This document shows, piece by piece, positions 34,339-47,469 of a DNA stretch of 64,000 nucleotides; the first letter of the stretch is position 1, and each line of letters begins with the position of its first letter. This DNA comes from the human T2T-CHM13v2.0 reference genome, Homo sapiens. Under the pieces are notes generated by a model that saw only the letters and a program-made list of their open reading frames with translations, did no database searches and was not told where the DNA came from. The position numbers and the translations under genes are program-made. The DNA lies in the NCBI RefSeq assembly GCF_009914755.1, contig NC_060925.1. One strand, 5' to 3'.

Positions 34339-34677
34339 AGCCACTGAAAATGCTTCCTCACTCAGCAGCCACTGAAAATGCTTCCTCGCTCAGCAGCCAC
34401 TGAAAATGCTTCCTCGCTCAGCAGCCACTGAAAATGCTTCCTCGCTCAGCAGCCACTGAAAATGCTTCCTCACTCAGCAGCCACTGAAAATGCTTCCTCA
34501 CTCAGCAGCCACTGAAAATGTTTCCTCACTCAGCAGCCACTGAAAATGCTTCCTCACTCAGCAGCCACTGAAAATGCTTCCTCACTCAGCAGCCACTGAA
34601 AATGTTTCCTCACTCAGCAGCCACTGAAAATGCTTCCTCACTCAGCAGCCACTGAAAATGCATCCTCACTCAGCAGC
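34339..34677. repeat. Minisatellite/VNTR, 12 x 28 bp (AGCCACTGAAAATGCTTCCTCACTCAGC)
   Basis: Twelve contiguous copies read directly; each differs from consensus by at most one substitution. Confidence 0.97.
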
Positions 34678-35830
34678 TTTATTTACAAACAAGCAAACAA
34701 CATTTTACTATGAAATCTACAATAACTAAGCTAAGCCATATCTTTTTATATCTTAATATATATTTATCTTTTACATATACTTTATCTTCATCTTTATTTA
34801 TATTTTATCTTCACAGACTCCCAAATAGATAAACCTTCATTTTCCCTGCTTTACAAATGAGGCAACTGAAGCACAGTGAGATGAAGCCATGTGGCCAAGC
34901 TCAGTTTCAATGAAGTCTAACGCCCTTAACCTTAGACTCTGCTGTGCTGCTGCTCTAAAACGTTTGACCATCATGGTTTAAAGCACTAAGAGGAAATAGC
35001 CATCTAGATTTTTTTAAGTGAGGGGGGCAAATTTGGGCTATCTTTGATCTCTGGAATCTCTGGAGTTCAACGCAATAGCATCTTAATCTTCATACCTGGA
35101 CCTTCGCAGTTATGGCTGAGGAGCACAAAATATCCCTGTGCCTCCTGGTAATAACAGGATGCCAGCCTTCCCAGCTCAGGGTAGAGCCCCCATCCCAGCA
35201 CCCATGGACTACAGAACTGCACCTGCTTGAAGCAACTTCAGGGGCACACAAATCAGAAGCACATTTGGTAGCCATGAGTGAAGATTTAGAATTATGCACA
35301 TGTCTATAGAAACGCTTTCTGCTTCCTATACCAAGAACAACCTCTATGACGACATGAGACAGACGCTGGGAGCCTACAACCATGAACCCTCCCCACCTCA
35401 CTACCTACTTACCATACCTCACACCACCCACCAGCTTCTGATACAGGAGAAGCCCTCTGGCCTACTTTTGGCTCTAGGCAACATATGTCCCAGAAATGTG
35501 CCAATAAGTGGCCTTCACCTGCCTCTTGATCCAAAAGCAGTGATGCCTGAGTCTAGATAAGGTAGAGTCCCTAAAGAGATACGGGCTCTGCCCAAAAAAA
35601 GATGTTTGCATACACCTACTATACAAAGCATCTTTCCAAACTGCTTCCAGCTAGAAGTATCTATTTAAATCAGTGGTTCTGAACTGCGGCTCAAAACCGT
35701 ACAGGTGTTGGAGGGATCCCAGGGTGGGTCTGCTGAACCTCTATGACCTTGTTGCTACCCACTGCAAGCAGATCTATTAAAAAAAATTATATTCATTGAT
35801 CAAGCAATAGATAACTATTGGTTTCCTTGT

Positions 35831-35879
35831 TTGTTTGTAAATAAAGCTGCTGAGTGAGGAAGCACTGACAGTGGCCTAA
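35831..35879 (-). repeat. Single inverted copy of the minisatellite unit plus its right flank
   Basis: 35831-35860 is the exact reverse complement of 34663-34692; similarity continues to ~35879. Confidence 0.93.
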
Positions 35880-37231
35880 CTTCAACTTAATTAAAAAATA
35901 ATAGTAATTAAAATAATTTAAAAATAAATAAATAACAGATTTGGAAACCACTCATTTGAAGGCAAAGATTGAGGCCACTGCAAAACAGTCTAAAGCTCAG
36001 GCTGAACTGAAAGACTCCCACGACATGAGGGGAATCACCCCGGCCTCTGGCCTGGAAGCCCTGGGCAGTTCCAACACAATTTCACTTACATGGAACCCAC
36101 ACACACAAGGGCCCCCTTGGAGGCTTGTATTTCTAAACCTCTTGGAGGTTTATTTCTTGTTTTACTGAACTGTTTGTTTAAATATAGGATGTAAATATTT
36201 TAAGTGTAATAATGCTAATACCAGAAAAATCTTGTTTTCTCGGTAGAGCCTCCCAAACCCTAAGAATTCATTTGTTGACATCACTTTTCTTTCCCACAAG
36301 CTGAACACTTCATTATTTCCTGAATTCATTTTATTAGAGTTCAGAAACAGGGCAAGTGGGATTTCACTGCCGTTGGTTCTATCGCCACCTCACCTTTCTT
36401 GATGTTTTCTACCAGCAAAGGGGGAGGAGACGAAAGAAAAAACGAAAGCCATAAAACTGTTAAAACTACCATTCTCTATCTCGTAAACATTTTTCTATTT
36501 ATTGGCCTTTCATTATATGTGCAATCTTATTATCCCTGCACAGCATCAAAGTGACATCCGTCAGGGTCACCTTATAAAATATACATCGGCAATGTAACGT
36601 TTAATGACGGGAGCGGGACGAACGATGAAGGATGAGAGAGCGAGGCCTGCCGCAGGACGTTTGAAAGGGATCATCAGTTATATCTGTGCATTTCCCGAGG
36701 TGATAATTGAATGACAGGGGCTGGAGGGAAATCCATTTTTGAGCTCAGAAAAGATAGTTAGGAGAAAAATGTTTTTGTATTGGAAGCATGTAATGACTGC
36801 CAGGAAATGGGAACAGCTACTCTAACAACACTTCTCTTATATTTTATGGTTTTTATGGATGCACAGCAAATTATCATGTATAATCCATTTCTGCAAGTTG
36901 AATTTTAAAATTGCTCAATACAAAGAAAGGAAAAGAAAGGGTACTTAATTTTCTCACTGCATTACCTTTAATAAAAGGAGCGGAAACAAAAATTACACTT
37001 CAAAGCACAAAAACACAAGTACAGTACCGTACCCTCTTCAAGATGTGAAATGTCTCATCTCTTTCACCTGAATTTTGGACTTCACCTAAGGCAAACATCT
37101 TAGAAAAATTCAGGCAAGCCTGCAAACCAGGCCCTGGCTTCTCTGTGCTCTTGTGTAAACGTGCAACCAGAGCCCTCTAGCAAAGAAGCTCCAGGAAGGA
37201 AGGGGAGAGACTGCAGCTGTCTTTATGCAAC

Positions 37232-37609
37232 TGTATTGGCTGAACTGTGTCCTCCCTCAAATTCCTACGTTGAAGCTCTAACCCCCAGGGCCTCTCAATG
37301 TGACTTTATTTGGAGACAGGCTCTTCCAAGAGGTGATTATGTTAAAATGAGGTCAAGTGAGCCCTAATCCAGTACGACTGGTGTCCTTATAAGAAGAGAT
37401 GAGGACACAGACACCCACAGAAGGAAGACCACGGGAAGACACAGGGAGAAGATGGCATCTACAGCCAAGGTGAGAGGCCTCAGGAGAACCAACCCTACTG
37501 AACTCTGGTCTTGGACTTCCAACTTCCAGAACTGTAAGAAAATAAGTTCTGTTGCTGAAGCAACCCAGTCTACGGTATTCTGTCATGGCAACCACAGCAG
37601 ACTAATACA
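37232..37609 (+). mobile_element. MLT1-family (ERVL-MaLR) solo LTR
   Basis: TG...CA ends; ccctaatcc...ggtgtccttataagaagag...ttggacttcc...ccagaactgt...actaataca. Confidence 0.85.
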
Positions 37610-39180
37610 TAAGCCTAAGGACAGGGCTTCATGGTGAGCCTCGAGGAAAGGAGAGGAACCAGCAGAGAAGTGAGGCCTGCTGAATGAACCTCTAAGCCCT
37701 GGGCTGTGAGACGGGGCTCATGGAGCTGACTGTCAGCAGTGAAGATGCAGTCTGCTGGGGGAGAAGAACAGGTGCCAAAGGGTAGAGTAATGTGGGAAAC
37801 AGCAAAATAATTTTCTACTTTAAGTGGGGCCAAACCTCGCAGCTTATCCTAGCAGCTCTAAAGGGCAAATGCCACACAGTTCCCTCACGACGGCTGCATT
37901 CTGACCCAGGAGAACCAGCCCAACTCCAGAACAGCTCTCAGATGCTGTGGATCTAAAGACAGCTGGCTCGCGTGAAGGGACACGGGGGAAGGAAGAGAAC
38001 CACAAGATGGGAAGGAAAACTGCTGCCAGCAGAACACAAAGGAAGAACCCTCCAGAGTCTCTGTGGGCCTGTTTCTGACCACTTAATTCTGGTCAGTTTC
38101 CACAGGCAAGAGCCCAGCTCCATGGGGCTGGGCCCGCCCCGCACAGCCTCCCATGAAGCTGCGACCGGGGAAAGGAGGGTCATGCAGCCCATACTTCACA
38201 GACAGACAAATGTGTGAGGCTCTCTGACCACCACAGCTCTGTGGTTCCAGGGGTTTCCAAGCCACTGTTCTGGGTTCCTCACATCAACAGACACACTGCA
38301 GTTGAGAAAACACACACAACGGGAACCACCAGGGGTTCGGGTGTAATTTATGAAAACAGCCATGGATCTCCGAATCTGTGACTGTGACTGTGATATGGGC
38401 TCCACGGATTCTCTCCTGGTCCATATCTAGGTCTCCTCAAAGGTTCTTTACAGAGGGCGGCTGGCTCTCCCTTAAGAGGCCCAGGAAGTGTGGGACTGGC
38501 AGCGCCACCCCATGCAGGCTGCTATGCATGTGGGGCCCACAGGGGGCACGCGGGGGTCACTGTCTAGAGACTCTAGGAAACCGCTCCCTACTCCAAAGGG
38601 AATTTGCAAAGATGATGGGGCTAACTCCCCAGAGGAGAGCCAGGAGCTCCCTTTTCCATTTAACACACAAGTTGAATGCCAGATGGACCTAGATCTCTGC
38701 AACACGCTGTGTAGTGGGGAAGCCTGCGGGGCTGGGTGGGATCACTTCACCTAATGCAGCACGTATGCCACAAACTCACCACAGCACACCTTAGCCTGCA
38801 TCAAATCCTGGCCGCTCCTGTTCTGGAGACAAATCACCACTGTTGTCATGATGGGTGACCTCAGTCACCCCACTCCAACGCCCACCTCACGGCTGACATG
38901 GCATGTGGCAGGAGGAGGTATGTCACTGTGCTCCCAGAACATACCATAACCCCATCCCTCCCACCCATGCATGTTTATGCTGGGATTGGTCTGTGATGCA
39001 AAGGTGCCCTTGGCCCTCTCTCGGGAAGTAATTTTTTCCTTCATGCCCACATGGCAAAAGGCCTGCCTCTCTTGGCATGAGAATCTCTAACAGCCTCAGA
39101 GCAAGCCATGCTGATGATGAGCTCTGCGTCCTCACTGCTCAAGCCTAGGTCCCAGACACAACTCCCAAAAGTCAACAGGC

Positions 39181-39486
39181 TTTTTTTTTTTTTTTTTAAA
39201 CGAAACAAAACAGAGCCTTGCTCTGTTGCCCAGGCTGGAGTGCAGTGGCATGGTCTCAGCTCACTGCAACCTCCACCTCCTGGGTTTAAGTGATTCTTCT
39301 CCCTCAACCTCCTGAGCAGCTGGAACTATAGGCACGTGCCACCGCACCTGGCTAATTTTTGTATTTTTAGTAGGGATGGCGTTTCACCATGTTGACCAGG
39401 CTAGTCTCAAACTCCTGATCTCGTGATCCACCTGCCTTGGCCTCCTAAAGTGCTGGGATTACAGGCGTGAGCCACCAAGCCTGGCC
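39181..39486 (-). mobile_element. AluS-type SINE
   Basis: Antisense dimeric Alu. Confidence 0.9.
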
Positions 39487-42418
39487 CATCAAGAGCTTTT
39501 TTAAAAGCTTGATTTTCCAGCTGCAGAAAGCTTCAGAAACTTTTCAACACAAGTCAAAATCCTCAGCAATGAAGGAGAACAGAAAGGTAGAGATTTCTCT
39601 TTAAGGTGACTTCAGACTTGAGCCCATAGCCCAGGAGCCCCTCTGCTGATGAAGGAACCAAAGTCAGGGCAGAGAGGGGCGTTCCAGAGCTGGACCTTGG
39701 AGTCCTGGTCCTGAAAGTGCTCAGCGCTGCTGTAACGTCTGCCAGGGCTTGGGAGCCTCCATCTCCTACCACGTTCGGCTTCTTGAGTCCTTCCCTGGGT
39801 AAAAGGGACCAATGGTTTTTCCCACATGTCCTGCCTCTGACCCCAGGATCTCCTTGGGTGCAGACACCTGGAACGCCTTCTCCTGGTTGCTGCTGGCCCA
39901 CCCCTCCAGCTCTATGTGCTGTCATCCACACCACCTCATACACACTTTACTGACCCATAGGAAGCGAGTTTCCGATGCGCCTGTTTCCATGATTACCAAC
40001 TCTCTCACTCAGCTGTGACCTTTTTGTGGCTCATACATCACTGAGTCCTGCAGGATATCAAGTTATGTCTATAACATGATTCCCCTCCTCCCTTTCCTCC
40101 GACTGGACTCTAAACTGCAAGTGAACAGGGGATGTGGCCACTCTAAACCTTGTAACCTGCGCAATCATTAGCAGAGTGCCTGACACAAGATGGGTGCTCG
40201 GGAAACGCTAACTTGAACTGAGATCTATCACAGACACACAGACATAGAAGAATTATACTGCACCAGAAATACATAAAACAGAGGAGTCACTAACAGTCAT
40301 AAAAGTGAAATAACTCAGTTTCAGTGATAAGAAATTTGGAAATCTTTCAGTGAACCATTTCAAAATTGAGCTAAACACACATAGGTGGAAAATTAGTTAC
40401 GAGAATCAAAATTATTCAAGGTAATTATTATTTCCCTTAATTTATCTGTACATTAAAGTAAAAAACAAAACAAAATGAAAACAAAACACAAAGAGTCCCT
40501 TGATCCATTTAATTAGTTAAGGTTACTCTCAAAAATGAAAATGATTTCCCCAGCCCCGGGGACGCGCCAGTGTGAAATGAGAACAAGAGTCTTACAGGGA
40601 GTGTTCCTGCACATACACGTATGCACTAATGTGCGCTTGGAATTTACCAGAACACACGTGTTTTTTGTTTTACAAATCTATGATGAAACCACACAGGCCT
40701 TGGCTTGACACTGTTCCAGGGGCTAAGTCTTAACCTGAATTAACCAAGCTGCACTGTGGTCCAATGACACTTTGGCACTAAAAGAATAACTTCCATTTTT
40801 CTGAGGCTGAGCGTTTTCTCATTTCACGCTGTGAGAATCCTCTGGACCTGCCTTAAGAGCACTCAGGAAAGTGGTTACAGTCAAAATCTTCCTCTAAGGA
40901 TTAGTAATAACACAGGACCAAAGCTCAAAAGCAGGAGAAAGTGAGCACCAAATTCCTTCAGTGTGCTGGAGCACATAGAGACTTCCTGCAGGCAGATAGC
41001 AAGAGGCTCTGGGATTATGCCTGCAAGCTAGCCATGCTGCTAGGCTCTTAACAAAACAGAACAAGGACAGCCTGCTGAGCTGTGGCCTGAAGCACCAGTA
41101 ATGACAGCTCTCTGCCAACGGCAGTGGTCAACACTTCCACCAGCTTGGCTCCAGTGATCTCAGGTCCACCTTTGTGCCCACAAGTATCCCAATTTCTTCA
41201 GGACCAGGTGGCACTCTCAGCTGCCTCCACATGAATTAACGAAACTCAATTCGCAGCTTAGGCTTTGGCTCAGCCACGTGCGCATGCGTGCGTGTGCATG
41301 AGAGAGCGCGCATGCTGGGGAAGAATGGAGAAAAACAATGAACAAACATTGACTGTCTAGCCTTTTTCAACTGGAGTTCTTAAAATGAAGTGACTATTAA
41401 TATTTTCTCAATTCTCCTATGAACGGAACATAACAGGTACCTTTCTAGATGCACAGGCAAGACGTTACTACGTTACACACAATGGATGCCCGGCTTCTGA
41501 GGCTTACCTCTCTCAGAACTCCGAGTGAGAACAGCTGCCACTGGCTGCACGACCTTGAGCAAATTCCCTAACCTCTCTTGGCCTCTGTTTCTTCATTTTA
41601 AAAATGGAGAAAAACCACCACAGGAAGGTTAAGGAACCTCCTCGAGACTCTCCTTATCTAGAAACCTGGGCTGCCTCGCCACGAGCTCCCTCCTTTATAG
41701 GGTTGTGGTGAGGATGGAAGTGCCAAAAAGGAGCCGGCACACATGCTCAGTAAGTGACAGGATTTTTTCTTGAAAATCCTTTTCCATCTGGGAAAAGGAC
41801 CAGAAACTCAGAACTAAGTTCACCTTAAAGGACTATTTTAATTGACTAAGTTAAAAAAAAAAAAAAAGTCTTTCAAAGAATGGTTTCTGCAACCAACTTC
41901 CTTCCTCTATCATGTTTCCCCTAGAACGACAGTGCCTTATGTAGTCAAAGAATAAGAGAATGTTAGAGATGGTGAATGGTAATGGTGTCTGGGCCTAGTT
42001 CACAATCTGAAAGATAAGCGCTGGTCAAGGAGAAGAGTATTCTGTCTGAAGATCTCAGCTGCAACCAGCAGAACCATAAATGCCCAACAGCCCACTGAGG
42101 CCACCTAAGAAGCCTGTCTCCACCCAGGTCCAGCTTCTCTCTTACACAATCGGCAACAGAATGACGCCACACAAGATCATTAAACATTTCAGCAGGAATA
42201 AAAACGAAACCAAGAGAATGCACCTGCCAATCTATATCAGGCAACTATGGGGTTTGTGAGCCGTCCTTGCACTTTAATGCAGAATTAGCTTTGATGCACA
42301 GATTGGAAAGGTCCAGCTTAAGGGACTTAGAACATCCCATTATTTAATTTTATGACACCATCACTCCACTCTTAAATGTGTCGAAGAACATACACTTATG
42401 TTACAATTTATGCCCAAG

Positions 42419-42790
<372 letters not shown>

Positions 42791-44569
42791 TCACTTATGA
42801 TAATGTGGGGCTCACTAGAGTGTCACAAACTCCAGAATGAAAATTAGTGGCTTAGATTACAAACTCTCGTAGTAGAAAGGTCTAAAGACTCTTTAGAATT
42901 AAGCTTGAAAGAATCTGTGTTTCTGATGCTGAGAAGAGCATAGGGAACAGGTTGTACAATCAACCGCCTCACCCCAAAGCCTCCTTGGGTCCACTGCTTC
43001 CTCAGGTCGGGGTCTTACTGTTTATTCCACATCGTGGCTGTCCCTCTACCCCTCTAGGCTGTGTGACTGGGAACATGTAAGCTGGGATGCACGGAGGTCC
43101 AGTCTCTCCCTGAGTCATGCGCATCCTGTTCCTGCTGCCCTAGTTTTTTCTTGTGGGATACAATGTCAGTTCTGTAATCTGTCCCCTCTGTAGGGGTAAA
43201 GAGATGTGCTGACGTGCTCAGAAAAGGAACATGCTTCTCTGGATGCCATGAGGTACTAAAACACCTGTATCTTAAAGGGGCATTAATAAGAAGAGCAGGG
43301 ATCCTCTCCTGGGAACTCAAGCAATCATTTAAACAGTGCTCTCATACAGCAGCAAATAAAGAGGTAAATGAGATCTGCTTAAGGTAACAGCAAAGGTGAG
43401 CGGTTGTATGCTAACTCCAGATAGGAGTGATGAATATCTGAACTGATGAATATCACTTAAAAAGTCTTGTCACATATGATCTGGATCAGAAGGCTGTGAC
43501 ATCACAACCAGATGCTTTGAAGGCATTTTCTCTGCTCCCTCTAGTTACAGACAATTAACAGTTCTGTACACTCTTACTCATCTGTTCCAGAAGGCTACTA
43601 ATAAAGAGGTTGGGCTACTTGTTTTTCACTCCCAGCTAAACTTTCTGTCTCCTGCTGTGGGCAGGAATGGCAGTGGCATGTGACCAGCGTTCCTGAGTGG
43701 CAGAGGGCAACAGCTGGCCATCAACATGCCAGTCATGGGCACAGCTCTCAGCCGATGCAACAACCACATTGACTTCAAGGACAATCTAAAATTGAACTCA
43801 AGGCAGCACCTAACAAGTCTCTCGTGCTTGCACCTTCCTTCTGGGCCCATCTAAAAGCAGCTCTGCAGGGCGATTTCTGCCAGCCACAGGTCCTGTGTCC
43901 TCCATCTTCCTTCCTTGGAATTCCTAGCAAGACTGAGTCAAGCATGGCCTTGGGTCTATGCTGTTCTTTATGGGAAGCACCGAGGAAAATACATCTCTTG
44001 AATTATTCTAATTGTATCTTAGAATTTAACATGTTCACTGTCTAAAATCAAAATGAGTTTCACATATAAATGGGCAATTGAATTAATAATATCAACACCC
44101 ATCACAGTGTAACAAATAACTTGATTATTAACTTCTACTGACAGCCCCATGCTTCCTTCCTCAAGAGTTTCAGACTGCCCGTTTGTGCTTTGTGCAGCTA
44201 GAGGGTTCCGAACTCTCAAGAGGCCTCAGGGAAAGTTGACTCTGTGCCTTAAGCAGAAATCACAACTGATCCAAGGGAGACCCTGGATGCAACTGCAAAA
44301 AACTGAATGGTAGCAGGGGCAGGCTACCACGGAGTTTTAAATCCTGCCTTACATTAACACAAAGGAAATACAGGAATTACCCAGATGCCAAAAGGACCCT
44401 GAAGAGTATCAGATAATGATGTACTTCCAGCTCCTGGTGACCAAACAAAACAATGTAACAAAACACAACCAACTGTGGCCTCAGAACGCCTGACCAGCTA
44501 CCCGGAGAGCTTTTATTTCTTGAAGGGAAGCCTTCTACCAAACAAACAAACAAACAAACAAGAAAACAC

Positions 44570-44975
<406 letters not shown>

Positions 44976-45390
44976 TTATAAATTTCATGAATACTTATAT
45001 CCCAACTGTTCAAAATATCAAGATATTTAAGAAAACTTGTAGGACTACAGTTAACTATTCTCTCCTCCAAATTTTTCTTTAGAATCAGAGAGACCAAAAA
45101 TAAAAAAATTAAAAAATTACCATTGCTCCTATATAAATCATAAGAATAAAATAGAGCCAAGAGAACTTCTTAGGAACCCCTCTCATCCCAAGCCAAGAGA
45201 TTCTTCCCACATTGGGCATTATCAATAATGAGAACATTCCTGAGATCCTATGAGCTTGTGTGGCCCTGTCTCATAAAGACAGTAAAGCCACACAAATAAG
45301 GGTTTCCACTCCCTGGGCCTGAGCTCTGAAACCCAGCCAAGACAGAATCCCAAACAGCCAGAGAGCTTCCTTTCTGAAGGCAGTGAACTG

Positions 45391-47150
45391 AACATACATT
45401 ATTTAAGATGAATATCTAGAACTCTTACAAATGAAAAAGAAAAGGACAATCCATTGAAAAATAAGCAAAAGACTTACACAGGCCCTTCATGAAAAAGAAA
45501 CACAAACAGCCAATAAACTCATTATAGGATGCCCAATATGATTAGTAACCAGGGAAATACAAACTCCTCAAATGCCCAAATTCTTTGTGTTGGATTTTCA
45601 AGTAAAGTTTACCTCAAAGAGTTAACACAGAAGACAAAGGTTTTGAAATCTACTATATATTCTCTCAGGGGAAAAGCTGCAACTTTGGGTGCAGAAGTAG
45701 TGTGAGGAAAGGAAAGAGGATAAAAATATGACTTGAAAGGACTTCACAAATAGAAAAAAGACGGATAAAGGGAACGTACTCAAATGGATTCAACACTATC
45801 TCATTCAAAATCCCAGCTGGTTAGTTTGTGGAACAAGACAAGCTGATTTTAAAAATTTTAAAGAAGAATAAAGTGCCACTAATCAAGACACTCTTGAAAA
45901 ACAAGAAAAAGGTAGGGGACCTGCTAAGTCAACTATCAACAATTATCCTAAAGCTAGACAGTGAAGCACTGGAATAGACAGAGAGACCAACAGAACAAAA
46001 CAGCTTAGAAACAGATTCACACTCTTATGGAAATTTCACTTTGACATAGCTGGCAACACAAATCAGTGGAGAAAAGGCTGGACTTCTCCAGAGATGACAC
46101 TGGGACACCTGGTGATGTATTACAGAAACAAGTAAATCTGGTCTCTTTCTTTATGCTACACAATCACCAAACCCACGGACTAAGAACTTAAATACGAAAA
46201 GCAAAATTATAAAACTTTTAGAAAACAGTAAGTATAGGAGACTGCCTAAATGACCAAGAGAGATTTCTAACAAATAAAAGCTCAAAGTATAAAGGCTGAT
46301 ACATTTAAGGAGAGAGGATAAAATCGTTAAAATTAACAACATATTAATCTTTAACCAATCATAAAAAGTGTGAAAAGATAAGCCACAAGCCAGAAGGTAT
46401 TTGCAACACACATTATTTAAGATGAGTATCTAGAACTCTTACAAATCTAGAAAAAGACAATCAAATTGAAAAGTAAGCAAAAGATTTATATAGGCCCTTC
46501 ATAAAGAGGAAACACAAATAGCCAATAAACTCATTAAAGGATGCTCAATATGACTGGAAACCAGGGAAATACAAATTAAAATCACTCAGACATTTCAAGT
46601 TTATAATGTTGGTAAGCATTTTAAGGTCTGATTCTATCAAGTGTTGGCTAGGATGTGAAGTTACTGGAATTCTTACATACAGCTGGAAAAACAACAATCT
46701 GCTTTTCTTGGTAAAATAGCAGATACGCATACCTGTAACTCAAAAATTGTCTTAACTATACCCTAAAGAATTCGTGTGCATGTGTGCCAGTTGATGTGTG
46801 CAAGAAAGTTTACAGCAGAACTGTATGCAACAGCAAAACACTGGAACCAACTGAAATGTCCATCAACAGCAGAAAAGAGAAGGAAAAGACGCTCTATTCA
46901 TACAAGGCTGTGAAGTACCACAGGATGCAGAGCTGCCTCTCGGGATAAAGGGGAATGAAAACAGCAAGGTGCAGGACATTTTTCCTCCATGACTCCATTC
47001 ATAGGAAGTTCAAAGACATGCAAAACTAATATACTGTGTAGCAATACACATATATGAGGCAAGCCATAAGGAAAAGGAGGGGGGTTATAGCAGAATACCC
47101 AGTCTAGTGGTTATCTTTGCGTGGAAAGGACAGGGGATTGCACCGGAGAG
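45391..47150 (+). mobile_element. Old L1M ORF2/3'-end fragments
   Basis: A-rich L1-like blocks (caagctgattttaaaaattt, caaactctgc-type spacing, aactgaaatgtccatcaacag); boundaries approximate. Confidence 0.65.
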
Positions 47151-47170
47151 GAAACAGTCTGTGCAATCTT

Positions 47171-47469
47171 TTTTTTTTTTTGAGACGGAGTCTCACTCTG
47201 TCGCCCAGGCTGGACTGCGGACTGCAGTGGCGCAATCTCGGCTCACTGCAAGCTCCGCTTCCCGGGTTCACGCCATTCTCCTGCCTCAGCCTCCTGAGTA
47301 GCTGGGACTACAGGCGCCCGCCACCGCGCCCGGCTAATTTTTTGTATTTTTAGTAGAGACGGGGTTTCACCTTGTTAGCCAGGATGGTCTCGATCTCCTG
47401 ACCTCATGATCCGCCCGCCTTGGCCTCCCAAAGTGCTGGGATTACAGGCGTGAGCCACCGCGCCCGGCC
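47171..47469 (-). mobile_element. AluYb-lineage (Yb7/Yb8-like) young SINE with 16-bp TSD
   Basis: Diagnostic 7-bp duplication GCAGTCCGCAGTCC, plus GATCATGAGG, AACAAGGTG, GGGAAGCGG and GATTGCGC. TSD CAGTCTGTGCAATCTT at 47155-47170 and 47470-47485. Confidence 0.92.

Noticed and set aside
34339-34677. CRISPR-like array of 28-bp repeats
   Set aside because: Repeats are directly adjacent with no unique spacers, there are no cas genes, and the context is a human intron; it is a minisatellite.
34332-35879. Inverted arms read as terminal inverted repeats of an intact DNA transposon
   Set aside because: No TSD at the outer ends, no transposase remnant, and no match to TIRs I recognise. A Dfam search is still needed to exclude a very old element.
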